A program made the position numbers and the translations under genes. 64,000 bases of DNA from an uncultured Acidimicrobiia bacterium (lineage in GTDB: Bacteria > Acidobacteriota > Terriglobia > Versatilivoradales > Versatilivoraceae), in the NCBI GenBank assembly GCA_963786955.1, contig CAWBAT010000005.1:640001-704000 (forward strand), read 5' to 3'. The notes under the pieces were generated by a model. The model ran no database searches. It was not told the DNA's origin and saw nothing but the letters and a program-made list of their open reading frames with translations. Positions 1 to 10,359 of the stretch are shown in pieces (the stretch's first letter is position 1; each line of letters starts with the position of its first letter).

Positions 1-163
1 TTCTGGATTCCATGGATCTAAACATTTCTCTGAGCGCTGAATGATATCCGTGATTCAGGTTGGATTCACGAGACTGGTCGACATCCAGGTAGACAGTCAA
101 AACATGTCGACCCGCTGCACCACCAAACCTCGCGAGAAATTCCAAGTCCTTTGCCGTTATCAT
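1..163 (-). CDS. Bacterial archaeo-eukaryotic release factor (baeRF/eRF1-like) family protein, 5' part only (runs off the window)
   Basis: Not in the ORF track. Hand translation from ATG at 163 (RBS GAGGAGG just upstream) gives MITAKDLEFLARFGGAAGRHVLTVYLDVDQSRESNLNHGYHSALREM. The 'VL(S/T)VYLDVD' start resembles baeRF proteins, and the gene follows a YbaK-family gene. Confidence 0.6.
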   Translation of the reverse strand, partial: MITAKDLEFLARFGGAAGRHVLTVYLDVDQSRESNLNHGYHSALREMFRSMESR

Positions 164-459
164 GCGTGACCTCCTCGTGTCAGCCATAGGGTGATGGGTT
201 CCGTCTCCAGACGATAAATACTAAGTTCCTGTTGGCTTCCCAAGTGGCCCGATGTCACTAAGACATGACCCTTAATCCATCGATGATAGGCTCAATAGAC
301 TGCCCTCTTCAAGCTTTCGAAATCTCTTCCAACAATAGGCGTCAATAATTAATTGTTAAGAGCCGATTCTGCAGTGCCCAGCCAGAAATTTTCACAGCTC
401 TCCCTCATCTCGCGAAGCCAGACAACAAAACAAATGGCGGAAGGCTATACGGCCCTTGG

Positions 460-939
460 TCATCCCTTACTTGTAGAGAGGCACAAATCAACAACTTGTG
501 GTTTAACCAAGGCCTCAAAGTCCTCGTATTTCATGCGAATCGTGTTGGCATGAGTTCCGGCATTGAAGACGATCTCCTTGTCCTCGGACAGAGTCCGGTC
601 GACAAAGACAGGCAGATTATAGAGATTCCCAAAGGGCGGCATTGCCCCGACTTCGGAGTCTGGGAAAAGCCAGGCAAACTCGTATTCTGTGGCAAATGCA
701 ATTTCCTTATAGGGAAGCTCTTCTTTTAATACTTTGAGATCGATTCTCTGGGTCGCTGGAACTACGATCATTGCAAAATCTTGATCGACTCTGAGGATAA
801 TGGTCTTCGCCATTTCACGTCCAGGCACATGCTGGGCGGCAGCAATCTCTTGAGCAGTATAGGCCCTTGGATGGGTCATCGGGACAAACCAGACCTTATT
901 TTGTTCCAGATACTCGATCAAGCGGCTGGCAAATTTCAT
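460..939 (-). CDS. YbaK/EbsC (aminoacyl-tRNA deacylase) family protein
   Basis: Motifs 'HPRAYTAQEIA', 'MAKTIIL', 'GAMPPFG', 'IVFNAGTH'. GGAGG RBS precedes ATG at 939. Confidence 0.9.
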   Translation of the reverse strand: MKFASRLIEYLEQNKVWFVPMTHPRAYTAQEIAAAQHVPGREMAKTIILRVDQDFAMIVVPATQRIDLKVLKEELPYKEIAFATEYEFAWLFPDSEVGAMPPFGNLYNLPVFVDRTLSEDKEIVFNAGTHANTIRMKYEDFEALVKPQVVDLCLSTSKG

Positions 940-1010
940 AAGTGCACCTCCGTTCAGATCCCTCCGATGCAATTAAAGAATACTGTTCCCCCTGGAGGCT
1001 TCGACCCTGC

Positions 1011-1275
1011 CTCAAAGCGAACAGACTGAATTGGTTGAAGGAAATTTCTGAGGTGGGACTTTTAGTGGACCTTCTCGTTTGCGCGTCTTGAAGTATAAAA
1101 TAGGCGGGTAAGACTCTTACTTCGCCGTTCAGTCTGTTCGCTGAGCTTTTAAAAACCTTTGAGAAAATCTCCTGGGGTTACTTTAGGTTGATCAGGGAGG
1201 CCAGCACAGCCTTATGCGGAAGGCTTTGGACCTATTTGATGTCACGTGCTGGCCAAATCTTGTTCCCTGATCAAC
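1011..1275. other. Two consecutive strongly base-paired intergenic elements (candidate structured RNA or MITE)
   Basis: Perfect 15-bp IR AGCGAACAGACTGAA (1016-1030 / 1128-1142). Second element has stacked perfect stems 1187-1198/1264-1275 (12 bp), 1199-1207/1246-1254 (9 bp) and 1208-1213/1220-1225 (6 bp). Confidence 0.55.
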
Positions 1276-1552
1276 TTCTTAGCACCCACTTATTCTTGAG
1301 CAATTCTCTCACCAGCGCATTCCACATTACCGTTCAGGGTCGAGTTAGGAATTAAATATCTACAGAAGAATAACTTATACTTAAGTCGATGTTACCAAGT
1401 CGAAGCGCAGCACCCGCTGCCGAAGAGAAATTTACCGGTCATTGGGGGATAACTCCCAGAAGCGGCTCTCTTCGCCCAAGTAGATTTGACCGCTCGAAAA
1501 TAGTGGGGGGATGGAGCGCAATCCGGAAGGATTGCAACGCAGCGAAGCTTTA

Positions 1553-1687
1553 CTAAGTACTGCATTTTGTAAATACGGTAACGTTAACGCCGGGTCGGTG
1601 ACCCGGCCTACAACTTTGTAGGCCGCGTGACCCCACGCGGCGCCTATCCTAAGATACGTCACCGCAATTACGAAAAGCAGTATTTAG
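1553..1687. mobile_element. MITE-like element with ~32-bp imperfect TIRs enclosing two GTAG-type REP palindromes
   Basis: Left end CTAAGTACTGCATTTTGTAAATACGGTAACGT vs reverse complement of right end CTAAATACTGCTTTTCGTAATTGCGGTGACGT (26/32). Internal GTAGGCCGGGTCACCGACCCGGC (minus strand) and GTAGGCCGCGTGACCCCACGCGGC. An inverted copy lies at 13689-13815. Confidence 0.75.
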
Positions 1688-1747
1688 TAGAAAAACCTGC
1701 CTCGGGTTAACGTTTTCCAACAGCAGGCATTATGGTTGGAGTAAGGA

Positions 1748-2863
1748 CTACGGCACTAAGCGAGTCATAGTCAAGAAAGTGACCTGTTTCTGAGACTCAG
1801 CCCGTGCCATCGGGGAATAGTAATATTTCAATGTTGCCGTAATGCGAGTCTGAGCGCCCTGCGGGATGGGGAATGAGAAAGATTCAGTCCGTTTCTCATC
1901 CGGGGCTAGGCGAGTGTCTGTCAACACCTTGGCACCTTTAAGAAACGCCAGGTGCTCCACGGATACAGGATTACCTTGCTGATCGGCTACCGTCCGCCGA
2001 TAAATCCGCTCTTCCCGGAACTGCTTTCCTCCACCAGCATCAGCACGGACCTCCATGATGAGTTGGCGCAACGGGGATCCAGTCGGGACGTAATGTCCTG
2101 CTCCCTTATTGGAGATTTGAACGGTAACCTGCAATTGCCCATTCTTCCTGGACGTGTTCAGTGTCAGCAGCACCGTCTTGGTCAAGAGGTCCAAGGAATG
2201 GCTCCCTGGCATCTGGTGCAAGTTGATTTTTGCCAAATTCGTTCGCTGGATCCGTGGATCCACTACGTCCCCTGCCACCCGCGACATGTGACAGGATTGG
2301 CATTGGGTCCCTTCTTTTCCGTAGCGGCTGTTCTTCCATTCGGAGTAAGTGGTAAGAACGGAAAGCCCCTGCGCATTTTGATACTCGTGGCAGGGCGCAC
2401 AAATCAGAGCAGAAACGTGGACCTCGGAAAATTCTGTGCCGTGAGCCGTCGAGCTGGCATCTTTTAAGGGTCCGCTCTTAACCAACGTGTAGGTTACGGA
2501 CGCTTTGGGATTCGGTCCACTCAATGAGACTTGTCGAACGGAATGGCAATAATCGCAGGTCACTCCCTCCCAACTGATCTTTTTCTGCAAATTCCAATCT
2601 CCGACTGCCACTCCGACCGGTGAATGGCATTTAAGGCAAGTCTTGCGCCCGTTGGCGCCAAATTCCGTCTCTGCGAGCTCCATCGCATCCTGAAAAATTC
2701 GGCTTTCCATGGCCTGGGCGTGGGAAGAGGTTTTCCAGGCTTCAAAGATTGCTCGATGGCAACGGCCGCAGAGTTCAGCACTGGAAGGCGGATCGAGTTG
2801 CACGGCTTGGGCAGCGCCACAAAAGCTCAGGATGAAGAGAGATAACCCGGCCAATCGCTTCAT
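1748..2863 (-). CDS. Periplasmic pentaheme c-type cytochrome (c554-like heme domain plus C-terminal beta domain)
   Basis: Signal peptide; 5 CxxCH (CGRCH, CLKCH, CDYCH, CAPCH, CQSCH); 'GAGHYVPTG' and 'DTRLAP' motifs. Paralog at 20913-22079. Confidence 0.9.
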   Translation of the reverse strand: MKRLAGLSLFILSFCGAAQAVQLDPPSSAELCGRCHRAIFEAWKTSSHAQAMESRIFQDAMELAETEFGANGRKTCLKCHSPVGVAVGDWNLQKKISWEGVTCDYCHSVRQVSLSGPNPKASVTYTLVKSGPLKDASSTAHGTEFSEVHVSALICAPCHEYQNAQGLSVLTTYSEWKNSRYGKEGTQCQSCHMSRVAGDVVDPRIQRTNLAKINLHQMPGSHSLDLLTKTVLLTLNTSRKNGQLQVTVQISNKGAGHYVPTGSPLRQLIMEVRADAGGGKQFREERIYRRTVADQQGNPVSVEHLAFLKGAKVLTDTRLAPDEKRTESFSFPIPQGAQTRITATLKYYYSPMARAESQKQVTFLTMTRLVP

Positions 2864-4123
2864 GCCTTCCCTCCGCTTTGGTCGGAAGGCTTGGCCTCAA
2901 TGGAACGAATGGTTAACCAAAGACCACCCATCGTGACCAAAATCGTCAATAACGAAAATGCTAGTCCCACACGGCGGAATCTCCGTTCCTTTAGCGCGTC
3001 CGACCCCGGCCTGATGAGTTTCGGCAGAAATCTTCAGACCCTCATTCACAGGGAGTGCAATCTGAGAAACCTGAAAGGCATGGACCGCCACTCTCGCCTT
3101 GACCAGCGACTCCTTAGCTTCCTGTTGACGCAATAAGGCTTCCGAGACCTCCATACCGGAGCGTCTCGCGACAGTCAGAATCTCATCGGAGCGTTGCAGA
3201 GCAGACTCAAGGCTATGGATCTTTCCCGCCATTTCGACAGACGCTTTTCCTCCTGCCGAATCCCCATCGTGACATTGGCTGCAGACGGCATCAGGCCCAG
3301 CCAACATTTGCTCAGAGGGTTTGAGGACAGCGTGGTTACTATGACAAACAACGCAACCTCCCATTCCCATCTCCGCGAATACCGGCTGATGCGGGCTCTT
3401 ACGGTAAAGATCTTCGAACAACGCGTGGCATGTTCCGCACACGGCAGCCACCGAGCTGACTTGAGGCGGCGCAGCCCCGTGGTTCCCATGGCAGGATGCA
3501 CAACTGGGAGCCGAGATGTCGCCACGTTTGGCCAGTGCTTCCCAATGAACGCTCTTTCGATATTCTGCGAATTGGTTCGTGGGAATCTTGTACTTGCTCA
3601 TGTGGGAAGCGTCCGCATGGCAACGCGCACACGTTTCGGGTAGGCGCAGAGGATAAACCGGGGAGCGCGGATCCTTGACTTCGCGAATGTCGTGGACACT
3701 GTGACAATCGACACAATTAGCTGCCGCAGCATCTCCGGCGGCGATTCTCTTGCCATGGACACTGGTGAGATACTGAGCATATTGATCCACCCGCTGCTGC
3801 GGCTTGAACTTGTGAATGAGGTTCGCGTCACTATGGCAACGGGCGCAAAGCTTGGGGACATCCACACGCTTGATTTTTCCAACAAAACCACGCGCCCGGC
3901 TCATCGCCGCTTCCGGGTCGTCCTGATTCGAATCCCCTCCGTGGCAGTCCACACAACTGAAACCGCGATGCTGATGAATATCTGTCGGGAAAGCCAGCGC
4001 CGGCGCCTGCAGATTATCTTCGAGTGCCGCGTGGCACTCGATGCAAGAATCCTTTGCCCCAAGACTCTGACTAAACACTGCCATCCAAAATATAATGATC
4101 AGTGGGTATCGGTAAGTGATCAT
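2860..4123 (-). CDS. Nonaheme c-type cytochrome with C-terminal membrane anchor (frameshift near 3000)
   Basis: 9 CxxCH motifs and a signal peptide. The alternative frame gives ...KERRFRRVGLAFSLLTILVTMGGLWLTIRS (TM helix). ATGA overlaps with both neighbours. Confidence 0.88.
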
Positions 4124-5215
4124 CGATAGTATCCCAAAAGTGAGAAACTTATGAGGTAGACGAGCAATGCAAGACCTAAGGCAGTCACCCATCGTTTTCG
4201 ATCAACTCCTTCTCGATTGGTCCCCCAGAAAGGCAAAGTCACCCACCAAATCGCGAGAACGCCAAAACCGAAAAGACCTAGCAATTCACCTTCGAAAAAC
4301 CAAACATGACTGGGGATCAGCTTCAAGGTATAGAAAGGAGCTAGAAAATACCATTCAGGCCGGATGCCGGCAGGGGCTGAGGCGAAGGGGTCTGCTTTTT
4401 CTCCCAACTCCCAAGGAAACAATGCAGCCAGCGCAGCCTAGCACCCCCAGAGCACCGTACCAGGCCATCAATTCCCGAAGGAAAAAATTGGGGAAGAAGG
4501 GCATTTGCGGGATGGGGGTCCGCCTGCGCTGGTATTCCTTTTCTACCCGGGGAGGAGAACTCATCCCAAATTTTTGAATCAGAACCAAGTGCACAACCAG
4601 ACACAGAGTCGCTAATCCAGGAAGAACTGCAACATGAAAGCCGAAAAACCGCGTCAGGGTTGCGCCGCCTACCTCATCGCCGCCACGCAAAAACCTCGCC
4701 AGGTAAGGTCCAACCCACGGGACGCTGGCAGCCATGTCAGTTCCTACTTTGGTGGCAAAATAGGAGACCGTATTCCAAGGAAGCAGATATCCACTAAACC
4801 CGAACCCTAATGCCAAACCGAGTAATGCAATCCCGCTTAGCCAGGTAACTTCGCGAGGTCGGCGGTAGGCTCGCAGAAATACCACACTGAACATATGGAT
4901 GAACGCAGCCAGAATCATCAAATTGGCAGACCAACTATGGACGGATCGGACCAACCAGCCAAACTGCACCCTCGTCACAATGAATTGCACGCTCTCATAG
5001 GCTTCCGTCGGAGTGGGTCTATAGTAGAGGAGTAACAAAACGCCTGTGAGAACTTGAATGACAAACAAAAAAAGAGTGATCCCGCCGAAGTAATACCAGA
5101 TCGTCGAGGAGTGCACCGGCACGGTCTTATGGCTCATGAATTCTTGAACCGATTCAAGACCTAACCGCTCCTCAAACCATTCCTTTACACGTTGTGTCGT
5201 TGCCTTGGCAGTCAC
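4120..5215 (-). CDS. Cytochrome b of a Rieske/cyt b (bc-type) complex, unsplit (frameshift near 4435)
   Basis: 'YYFGGIT', 'RSVHSWSAN', 'FIHMF', 'SGYLLPW', 'TRFFGFHV', and Qo-site 'RPEWYFL' in the downstream frame. Confidence 0.92.
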
Positions 5216-5234
5216 AAGTACCCTTTCCTATAAA

Positions 5235-5666
5235 TTAGGCTCTCTTGGATATAACAATTTCATCACCCCGGACGTGGACGGCATATTCTTCCAGAGGTCT
5301 GGGCGGGGGGCCGGACACTACTTTTCCGTTCATGTCATAGAATCCATTGTGACAGGCACACCAGATTTGATGAGTAGACTCCTGAAATTGGACGGTGCAG
5401 TTCAAGTGGGTGCAGATGGCAGAGAAAGCACGCCATTCTGTATCGCTGGTCCGAATCAGTAAGGCAGGGCGGCTGCCGAACTTCACGATCTTGCCCGAAT
5501 TCGGTTTAAGATCCTGAACCTTTCCTGCAGCAACCTCATTCGTCGAGGCCTCTGGAACCGCGGGTGGGAGCATGAATTTGGACGCTGGATAAAGGAACGA
5601 AATGATTGAAGCCAGGAAGCCACCTCCCAGGATCCACCCGACAAAGTTCCGGCGGTATTCAGCCAT
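5235..5666 (-). CDS. Rieske [2Fe-2S] subunit
   Basis: Tat-like 'RRNF' plus TM helix; box I CTHLNC; box II CACHNGFY; 'GPPPRPL'. Confidence 0.93.
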   Translation of the reverse strand: MAEYRRNFVGWILGGGFLASIISFLYPASKFMLPPAVPEASTNEVAAGKVQDLKPNSGKIVKFGSRPALLIRTSDTEWRAFSAICTHLNCTVQFQESTHQIWCACHNGFYDMNGKVVSGPPPRPLEEYAVHVRGDEIVISKRA

Positions 5667-5813
5667 TGCCCCCTCCAGCGTCAGCCCCACCCACTCAGTG
5701 GGAACGGAAATGAGATAACTTCAAGAAATTACATCAAGAACAAATTATCCGAACAACCTCTTTTGAACAGCAGCCAGCACCCGCTTATTTTTACCTGGTC
5801 GAATGAGGAGAGT

Positions 5814-5829
5814 AGCACGATCAATACCA
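5814..5829 (-). promoter_or_regulatory. Putative sigma-54 (-24/-12) promoter for the Rieske/cyt b operon
   Basis: Minus strand TGGTATTGATCGTGCT, GG-N10-GC spacing, ~150 bp upstream of the Rieske start. Confidence 0.45.
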
Positions 5830-6129
5830 TAGTCCGAGGGAGCAGCAATTCCAAGGCTCTGGAAAACCAGAGCCAGTGTTCGAGAATTTAGTCTGGCTCC
5901 TTTAAAAACTCAGAAGTGCTGCTTAAATAGAGCGTAAGCGACTCACTTTAATGGTGCTTTGTTACCGCATCATTCAACACCGGAAATTTCAAACCGATGG
6001 AGGTTCCTTGAGGGCCGGACTCTGGGGGATGTCATCCAATGATTGTGGCAATTCACCCATATTGTTCATTTGGATGGAACTATTTTCCGCACCTCTGACG
6101 TCGGATTAAGCGGGTGAGATGCCAGCACT

Positions 6130-7554
6130 TTACATGACACAATAATTCCGGCCCATTTCGAGAGCTTCTCGATTCAACTGGCGGAGTCGATCGTTTGGCA
6201 GGTTTTCATCAATCGCCAGATGGATGGATTCCTGGCTCAGAAACGGAATCCTTGCCATCAGGGCACCTAACAGAACAATGTTGGCGACTTTGGTTTCCCC
6301 CAGATCATAGGCCAACTGACTGGCCGGGACTCCGACCGCTCCTGCCTTAAGGTCGCGTGGAGGCACCTTGATAAGTGAACTATCGTACAGGATCAGTCCC
6401 CCTGCTTTGACCTGACTATGAAAACGCACCAGGGAAGGGCTGTTCATGACTACCAGGATCTCAGGCGAGTCAGCCAGCGGACAACCTATTTCTTTGGGAG
6501 AAAGGATGACATTGCAGTAGGCGGTCCCTCCCCGCATCTCAGGGCCGTAAGAAGGGAGCCAACTGGTCCGGTAACCTTCTCTCATCGCCGCCGTGGCCAG
6601 GATCACGCCTAGGGATAGGACTCCCTGACCGCCAAATCCTGCAATTTTGATCGCATGAAACTGCAATTCGGTGGTTTTCTTCCCCTTTTCCAGAGAGCCG
6701 TTGTTCCCGTTCGACTTTAGATCCAGACACGATGGAATGTCAGGAGAAGGGACAACTATAGACCCCCCTAGCGGAATGGAGGGCTTCACATCCGTATCCT
6801 TGAAGACTGCGAGGGGAAAGACAGGCAACATCTTTTCTTCTATCCAGCGCCAAGCATCCGCCGGTTTAAGTTTCCATCCAGTCGGGCAGGCAGACAGAAC
6901 CTCAATGAGTGAAAACCCGCGCCCTTCTATTTGGTAACGAATTGCTTTTCGAACAGCCGCGCGCGCTTTCATGTGGTTCTTAGGCCCTGCGAGCGCAACA
7001 CGCTCCAGGTAGGTGGTTCCTTCAAGCGAGCTTAACATCTCACAAATCTTTAGGGGGAATCCTTGCTGCATCGCATTTCGGCCCAGCGGGGTCGTGGATG
7101 TTTTCTGTCCCAGCAGAGTCGTTGGGGCCATCTGGCCACCTGTCATCCCGTAGATGGCGTTATTCACAAAAAACACGGTGATATTCTCTCCCCGGTTGGC
7201 GGCATGGATAATTTCTGCGGTCCCGATGGAGGCTAGGTCTCCATCGCCTTGATAGCTGAGGACGATGCTTTCGGGCCGGCTACGCTTGATCCCGGTAGCA
7301 ACGGCAGGCGCCCGGCCATGAGCCGATTGAACGTTGCCAACGTCGAAATAATGGTAGGCGAAAACCGAGCAGCCCACCGGGCCGACCAGGATGGTGCGGT
7401 CTTGAATGCCCAGGTCGTCGATGGCTTCAGCGATAAATTTATGCAGAGCGCCATGTCCACAACCCGGACAGTAATGGGTAACGGACGGGTCGCCATCCTT
7501 CAATGCAAACAATGGGAAAAAACTCTCTGATTTTCGGTGAGCAACGGTATACAT
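6130..7554 (-). CDS. 2-oxoacid:ferredoxin oxidoreductase, fused beta+gamma subunits
   Basis: 'HYCPGCGH', 'HGRA', TPP-binding 'GDGD...NNAIYGMTGGQ', then gamma domain 'AGFGGQG', 'PSYGPEMRGG'. Confidence 0.92.
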   Translation of the reverse strand: MYTVAHRKSESFFPLFALKDGDPSVTHYCPGCGHGALHKFIAEAIDDLGIQDRTILVGPVGCSVFAYHYFDVGNVQSAHGRAPAVATGIKRSRPESIVLSYQGDGDLASIGTAEIIHAANRGENITVFFVNNAIYGMTGGQMAPTTLLGQKTSTTPLGRNAMQQGFPLKICEMLSSLEGTTYLERVALAGPKNHMKARAAVRKAIRYQIEGRGFSLIEVLSACPTGWKLKPADAWRWIEEKMLPVFPLAVFKDTDVKPSIPLGGSIVVPSPDIPSCLDLKSNGNNGSLEKGKKTTELQFHAIKIAGFGGQGVLSLGVILATAAMREGYRTSWLPSYGPEMRGGTAYCNVILSPKEIGCPLADSPEILVVMNSPSLVRFHSQVKAGGLILYDSSLIKVPPRDLKAGAVGVPASQLAYDLGETKVANIVLLGALMARIPFLSQESIHLAIDENLPNDRLRQLNREALEMGRNYCVM

Positions 7555-7555
7555 C

Positions 7556-8641
7556 TTAGCCTCTCATATTCATCATCAGGCTCGGTCGGACCGAAAATTC
7601 CGGCAGCCCCCAGACCTTATCCAAAATTTCTTCCGGACTCGGAACCATGCCACCCTTGCGTCCGTAGAAGTGGACCGGCACGCGATCCCCAACCACTAAC
7701 CGGACATCTTCCACCATTTGTCCCCAGCTCAATTCGCACACCAACACCGCTTTAAGCCTCGCAGTGAGTGCCTTGAGTTCCCTTTTCGGGAACGGCCACA
7801 GAGAAATCGGACGAAGAAGGCCGAGTTTGACACCATGAGCCCGGCCCAGTTCCACCACAGAATGAAGGATCCGCGAAACGATCCCATAACCCACCAACAA
7901 GATTTCAGCATCCTGGAGATGAAAGCCCTCGAATAGGACACAACAGTCTTCCGCCTTGGTATATTTTTCTTCCAGGTGATTCACATGGGTTTCGAGATCT
8001 TCATGTCGAAGGTAGATCGAACTGATCCAATGGCTTCGAGTCTGCGCATTGCCTTGAACGGCCCAGTCACTGACCGGAGGCTCCAAAGCAACATCCGGGA
8101 AGGTCACCGGCTCCATCATCTGTCCAATGAATCCGTCGGCCAGGATCACCACCGGATTGCGAAAACGATCGGCAATCTCAAAGCCTTGCATCGTAAGGTC
8201 GCACATTTCCTGAGCGGAATTCGGTGCCAGAACGATCGTTCGATAATTGCCATGTCCCCCACCTTTGACCATTTGAAAATAATCTCCCTGCTCGGGTCCA
8301 AGGTTTCCTAGTCCCGGTCCTCCTCGCATAATATCCACGATGACGCAGGGGAGTTCGGCCCCGGCCAGATAGGAAATGCCCTCTTGCATCAGGCTGAGTC
8401 CTGGGCCGGAAGAAGCGGTCATCACACGGGTCCCGGTCGCCGCTGCCCCATAGACCATATTAATGGCTGCAACTTCACTCTCGGCCTGAACAAAATTGCC
8501 CCCGATTCTGGGAAAGTAAAGGGCTGCGGCTTCTGCAATTTCACTGGCAGGGGTAATGGGGTAACCATAGTATGCCCGGCATCCCGCCAGGATTGCGCCT
8601 TTCACGGCTGCGGTATTACCTTTGATGAGTTGTTTTGCCAT
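7556..8641 (-). CDS. vorB: 2-oxoacid:ferredoxin oxidoreductase alpha subunit (VorB-like)
   Basis: 'GYPITPASE', 'QAESEVAA', 'SSGPGLSL', 'RGGPGLGN', 'KGGGHGNY'. Confidence 0.88.
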   Translation of the reverse strand: MAKQLIKGNTAAVKGAILAGCRAYYGYPITPASEIAEAAALYFPRIGGNFVQAESEVAAINMVYGAAATGTRVMTASSGPGLSLMQEGISYLAGAELPCVIVDIMRGGPGLGNLGPEQGDYFQMVKGGGHGNYRTIVLAPNSAQEMCDLTMQGFEIADRFRNPVVILADGFIGQMMEPVTFPDVALEPPVSDWAVQGNAQTRSHWISSIYLRHEDLETHVNHLEEKYTKAEDCCVLFEGFHLQDAEILLVGYGIVSRILHSVVELGRAHGVKLGLLRPISLWPFPKRELKALTARLKAVLVCELSWGQMVEDVRLVVGDRVPVHFYGRKGGMVPSPEEILDKVWGLPEFSVRPSLMMNMRG

Positions 8642-8669
8642 GGCTGTCTTTCTCAAGCATTCGTTTTCG

Positions 8670-9014
8670 TTAAGTCCTTTCATTAGCCAAAATCTCACTG
8701 ACTCCTCGCGCGGCCCCTTTGGAGATGACCACAGACCCCTCTTGGAACCCATCCTTGACTAAGGAGGGCCGAGGTGACGGGACAAGCGTATAGACTGTCA
8801 GAGCCCCTGGTTCAGGGCATACATAGAAGCAAATGCCGCAACCGGTGCAACCCTGCCCCGAATAATGAATCGGGTTATATCCCATGATGTTCAATGAGTC
8901 AGAAATCTCGAGACAGTGAACCGGACAGGTGATGACACAAAGCCCGCATCCTTTGCATTCATCAACTCGAATCTCGATTTGTCCACGATCCGGTTTCGAT
9001 TCCTTGGAATTCAT
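8670..9014 (-). CDS. 2[4Fe-4S] ferredoxin / oxidoreductase delta subunit
   Basis: [12 protein letters not shown] and [12 protein letters not shown]. Confidence 0.92.
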   Translation of the reverse strand: MNSKESKPDRGQIEIRVDECKGCGLCVITCPVHCLEISDSLNIMGYNPIHYSGQGCTGCGICFYVCPEPGALTVYTLVPSPRPSLVKDGFQEGSVVISKGAARGVSEILANERT

Positions 9015-9026
9015 TGCTCTAGGGCC

Positions 9027-10349
9027 TCAACCCACATGAGAGATTTTCTTCGAACTAAGGAAATATTGCTGACAGGCAAACTCATGAAGCTCCTCGCGGA
9101 ATTGGGGGTGAGCGATTTCGATCAGGGCCTCCGCCCGTTCTCGAATGGTCTTACCATGGAGATACGCCACCCCAAACTCCGTCACAACATAATGCACGTC
9201 CCCTCGAGACGTCACGACTCCGGAGCCCGGATAAAGACTTGGGACAATTCTTGAAATGGCTCCTTCTTTGGCGGTGGAGGGAAGGGCGATGATCGGCTTT
9301 CCACCTCTGGAACGCGCGGCTCCCCGGATGAAATCCAGTTGCCCCCCAATACCGCTATAGAAGAAGTTCCCCATGGAATCGGAGCAGACCTGCCCGGTCA
9401 AATCAATCTGCAATGCCGAATTGATCGCCACCATCTTGGAGTTCTGGCTGATGATGAAAGGATCGTTGACATACTCTGAGGGATGGAATTCGATGGCTGG
9501 ATTATTGTGAATGAATCGGAATAAGCGATGGGACCCCAATACGAAGGAAGCAATCGTTTTCCCCCGGTGCAGTGTTTTGCGGTCCCCGGTAATCACACCC
9601 GATTCTATCAATGGGATCACACCATCGGAAAACATCTCGGTATGAATTCCCAAGTCCCGATGATTTCCTAAGAAAGAAAGGACAGAGTCCGGTATCCCAC
9701 CAATCCCCATCTGCAGGGTTGACCCGTCCTCGATCAACTCAGCGATGTGCTTGCCGATCTGCATTTGAACAGGAGAAACTGGATGTTGCGGAAGTTCCAG
9801 CAGAGGATGATCCGATTCGACCAGGATATCAATCTTGCTCAGGTGGATGAAGGCGTCTCCCAGGACGCGGGGCATTTGTGGATTCACTTCGGCAATGACG
9901 GTGCGCGCCACTTGAGACGCCGTCTTGGTACATTCTACTGCCACCCCAAAGGAACAATAGCCATGAAGGTCCGGCGGAGAAACTTGAATCAGACATACAT
10001 CGATGGGAAGTTGGCCGGTAACAAACAGGGACGACAACTCTGAAAGAAAGATGGGGGTATAGTCGGCGCGACCGGAGTTGATGGCGTCGCGCACATTGGA
10101 GCCGATAAAGAAAGCATTGTGACGGAAGTGCCCCTCCATCTCGGGCATGACATAGTCCGCGTTACCAAAAGTCATCAGGTGGAGAATTTCAACGTCTCTT
10201 AATTCCTGTCCCCGTTCGAGCAACGCCTTGACCAGGTGTTCGGGTTCGGCACAACCGGAGTGAATATAAACGCGATCCCCAGATTGAACGAGTGAGATCG
10301 CTTCCTTTGCGCTCATGAGTTTTTGATGATAAGAAGAAGAGTCTTCCAC
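9027..10349 (-). CDS. Acetyl-CoA hydrolase/transferase family (4-hydroxybutyrate CoA-transferase-like)
   Basis: 'TLQMGIGGIPD', 'HTEMFSDG', 'SGIGGQLDF', 'VVTEFG'. Confidence 0.92.
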   Translation of the reverse strand: MEDSSSYHQKLMSAKEAISLVQSGDRVYIHSGCAEPEHLVKALLERGQELRDVEILHLMTFGNADYVMPEMEGHFRHNAFFIGSNVRDAINSGRADYTPIFLSELSSLFVTGQLPIDVCLIQVSPPDLHGYCSFGVAVECTKTASQVARTVIAEVNPQMPRVLGDAFIHLSKIDILVESDHPLLELPQHPVSPVQMQIGKHIAELIEDGSTLQMGIGGIPDSVLSFLGNHRDLGIHTEMFSDGVIPLIESGVITGDRKTLHRGKTIASFVLGSHRLFRFIHNNPAIEFHPSEYVNDPFIISQNSKMVAINSALQIDLTGQVCSDSMGNFFYSGIGGQLDFIRGAARSRGGKPIIALPSTAKEGAISRIVPSLYPGSGVVTSRGDVHYVVTEFGVAYLHGKTIRERAEALIEIAHPQFREELHEFACQQYFLSSKKISHVG

Positions 10350-10359
10350 GGACCGATTC

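Noticed and set aside
1432-1662. Short ORFs over repeat elements (also 17452-17646, 29340-29750, 47486-47803)
   Set aside because: They are translations of REP/MITE DNA with no protein motifs.
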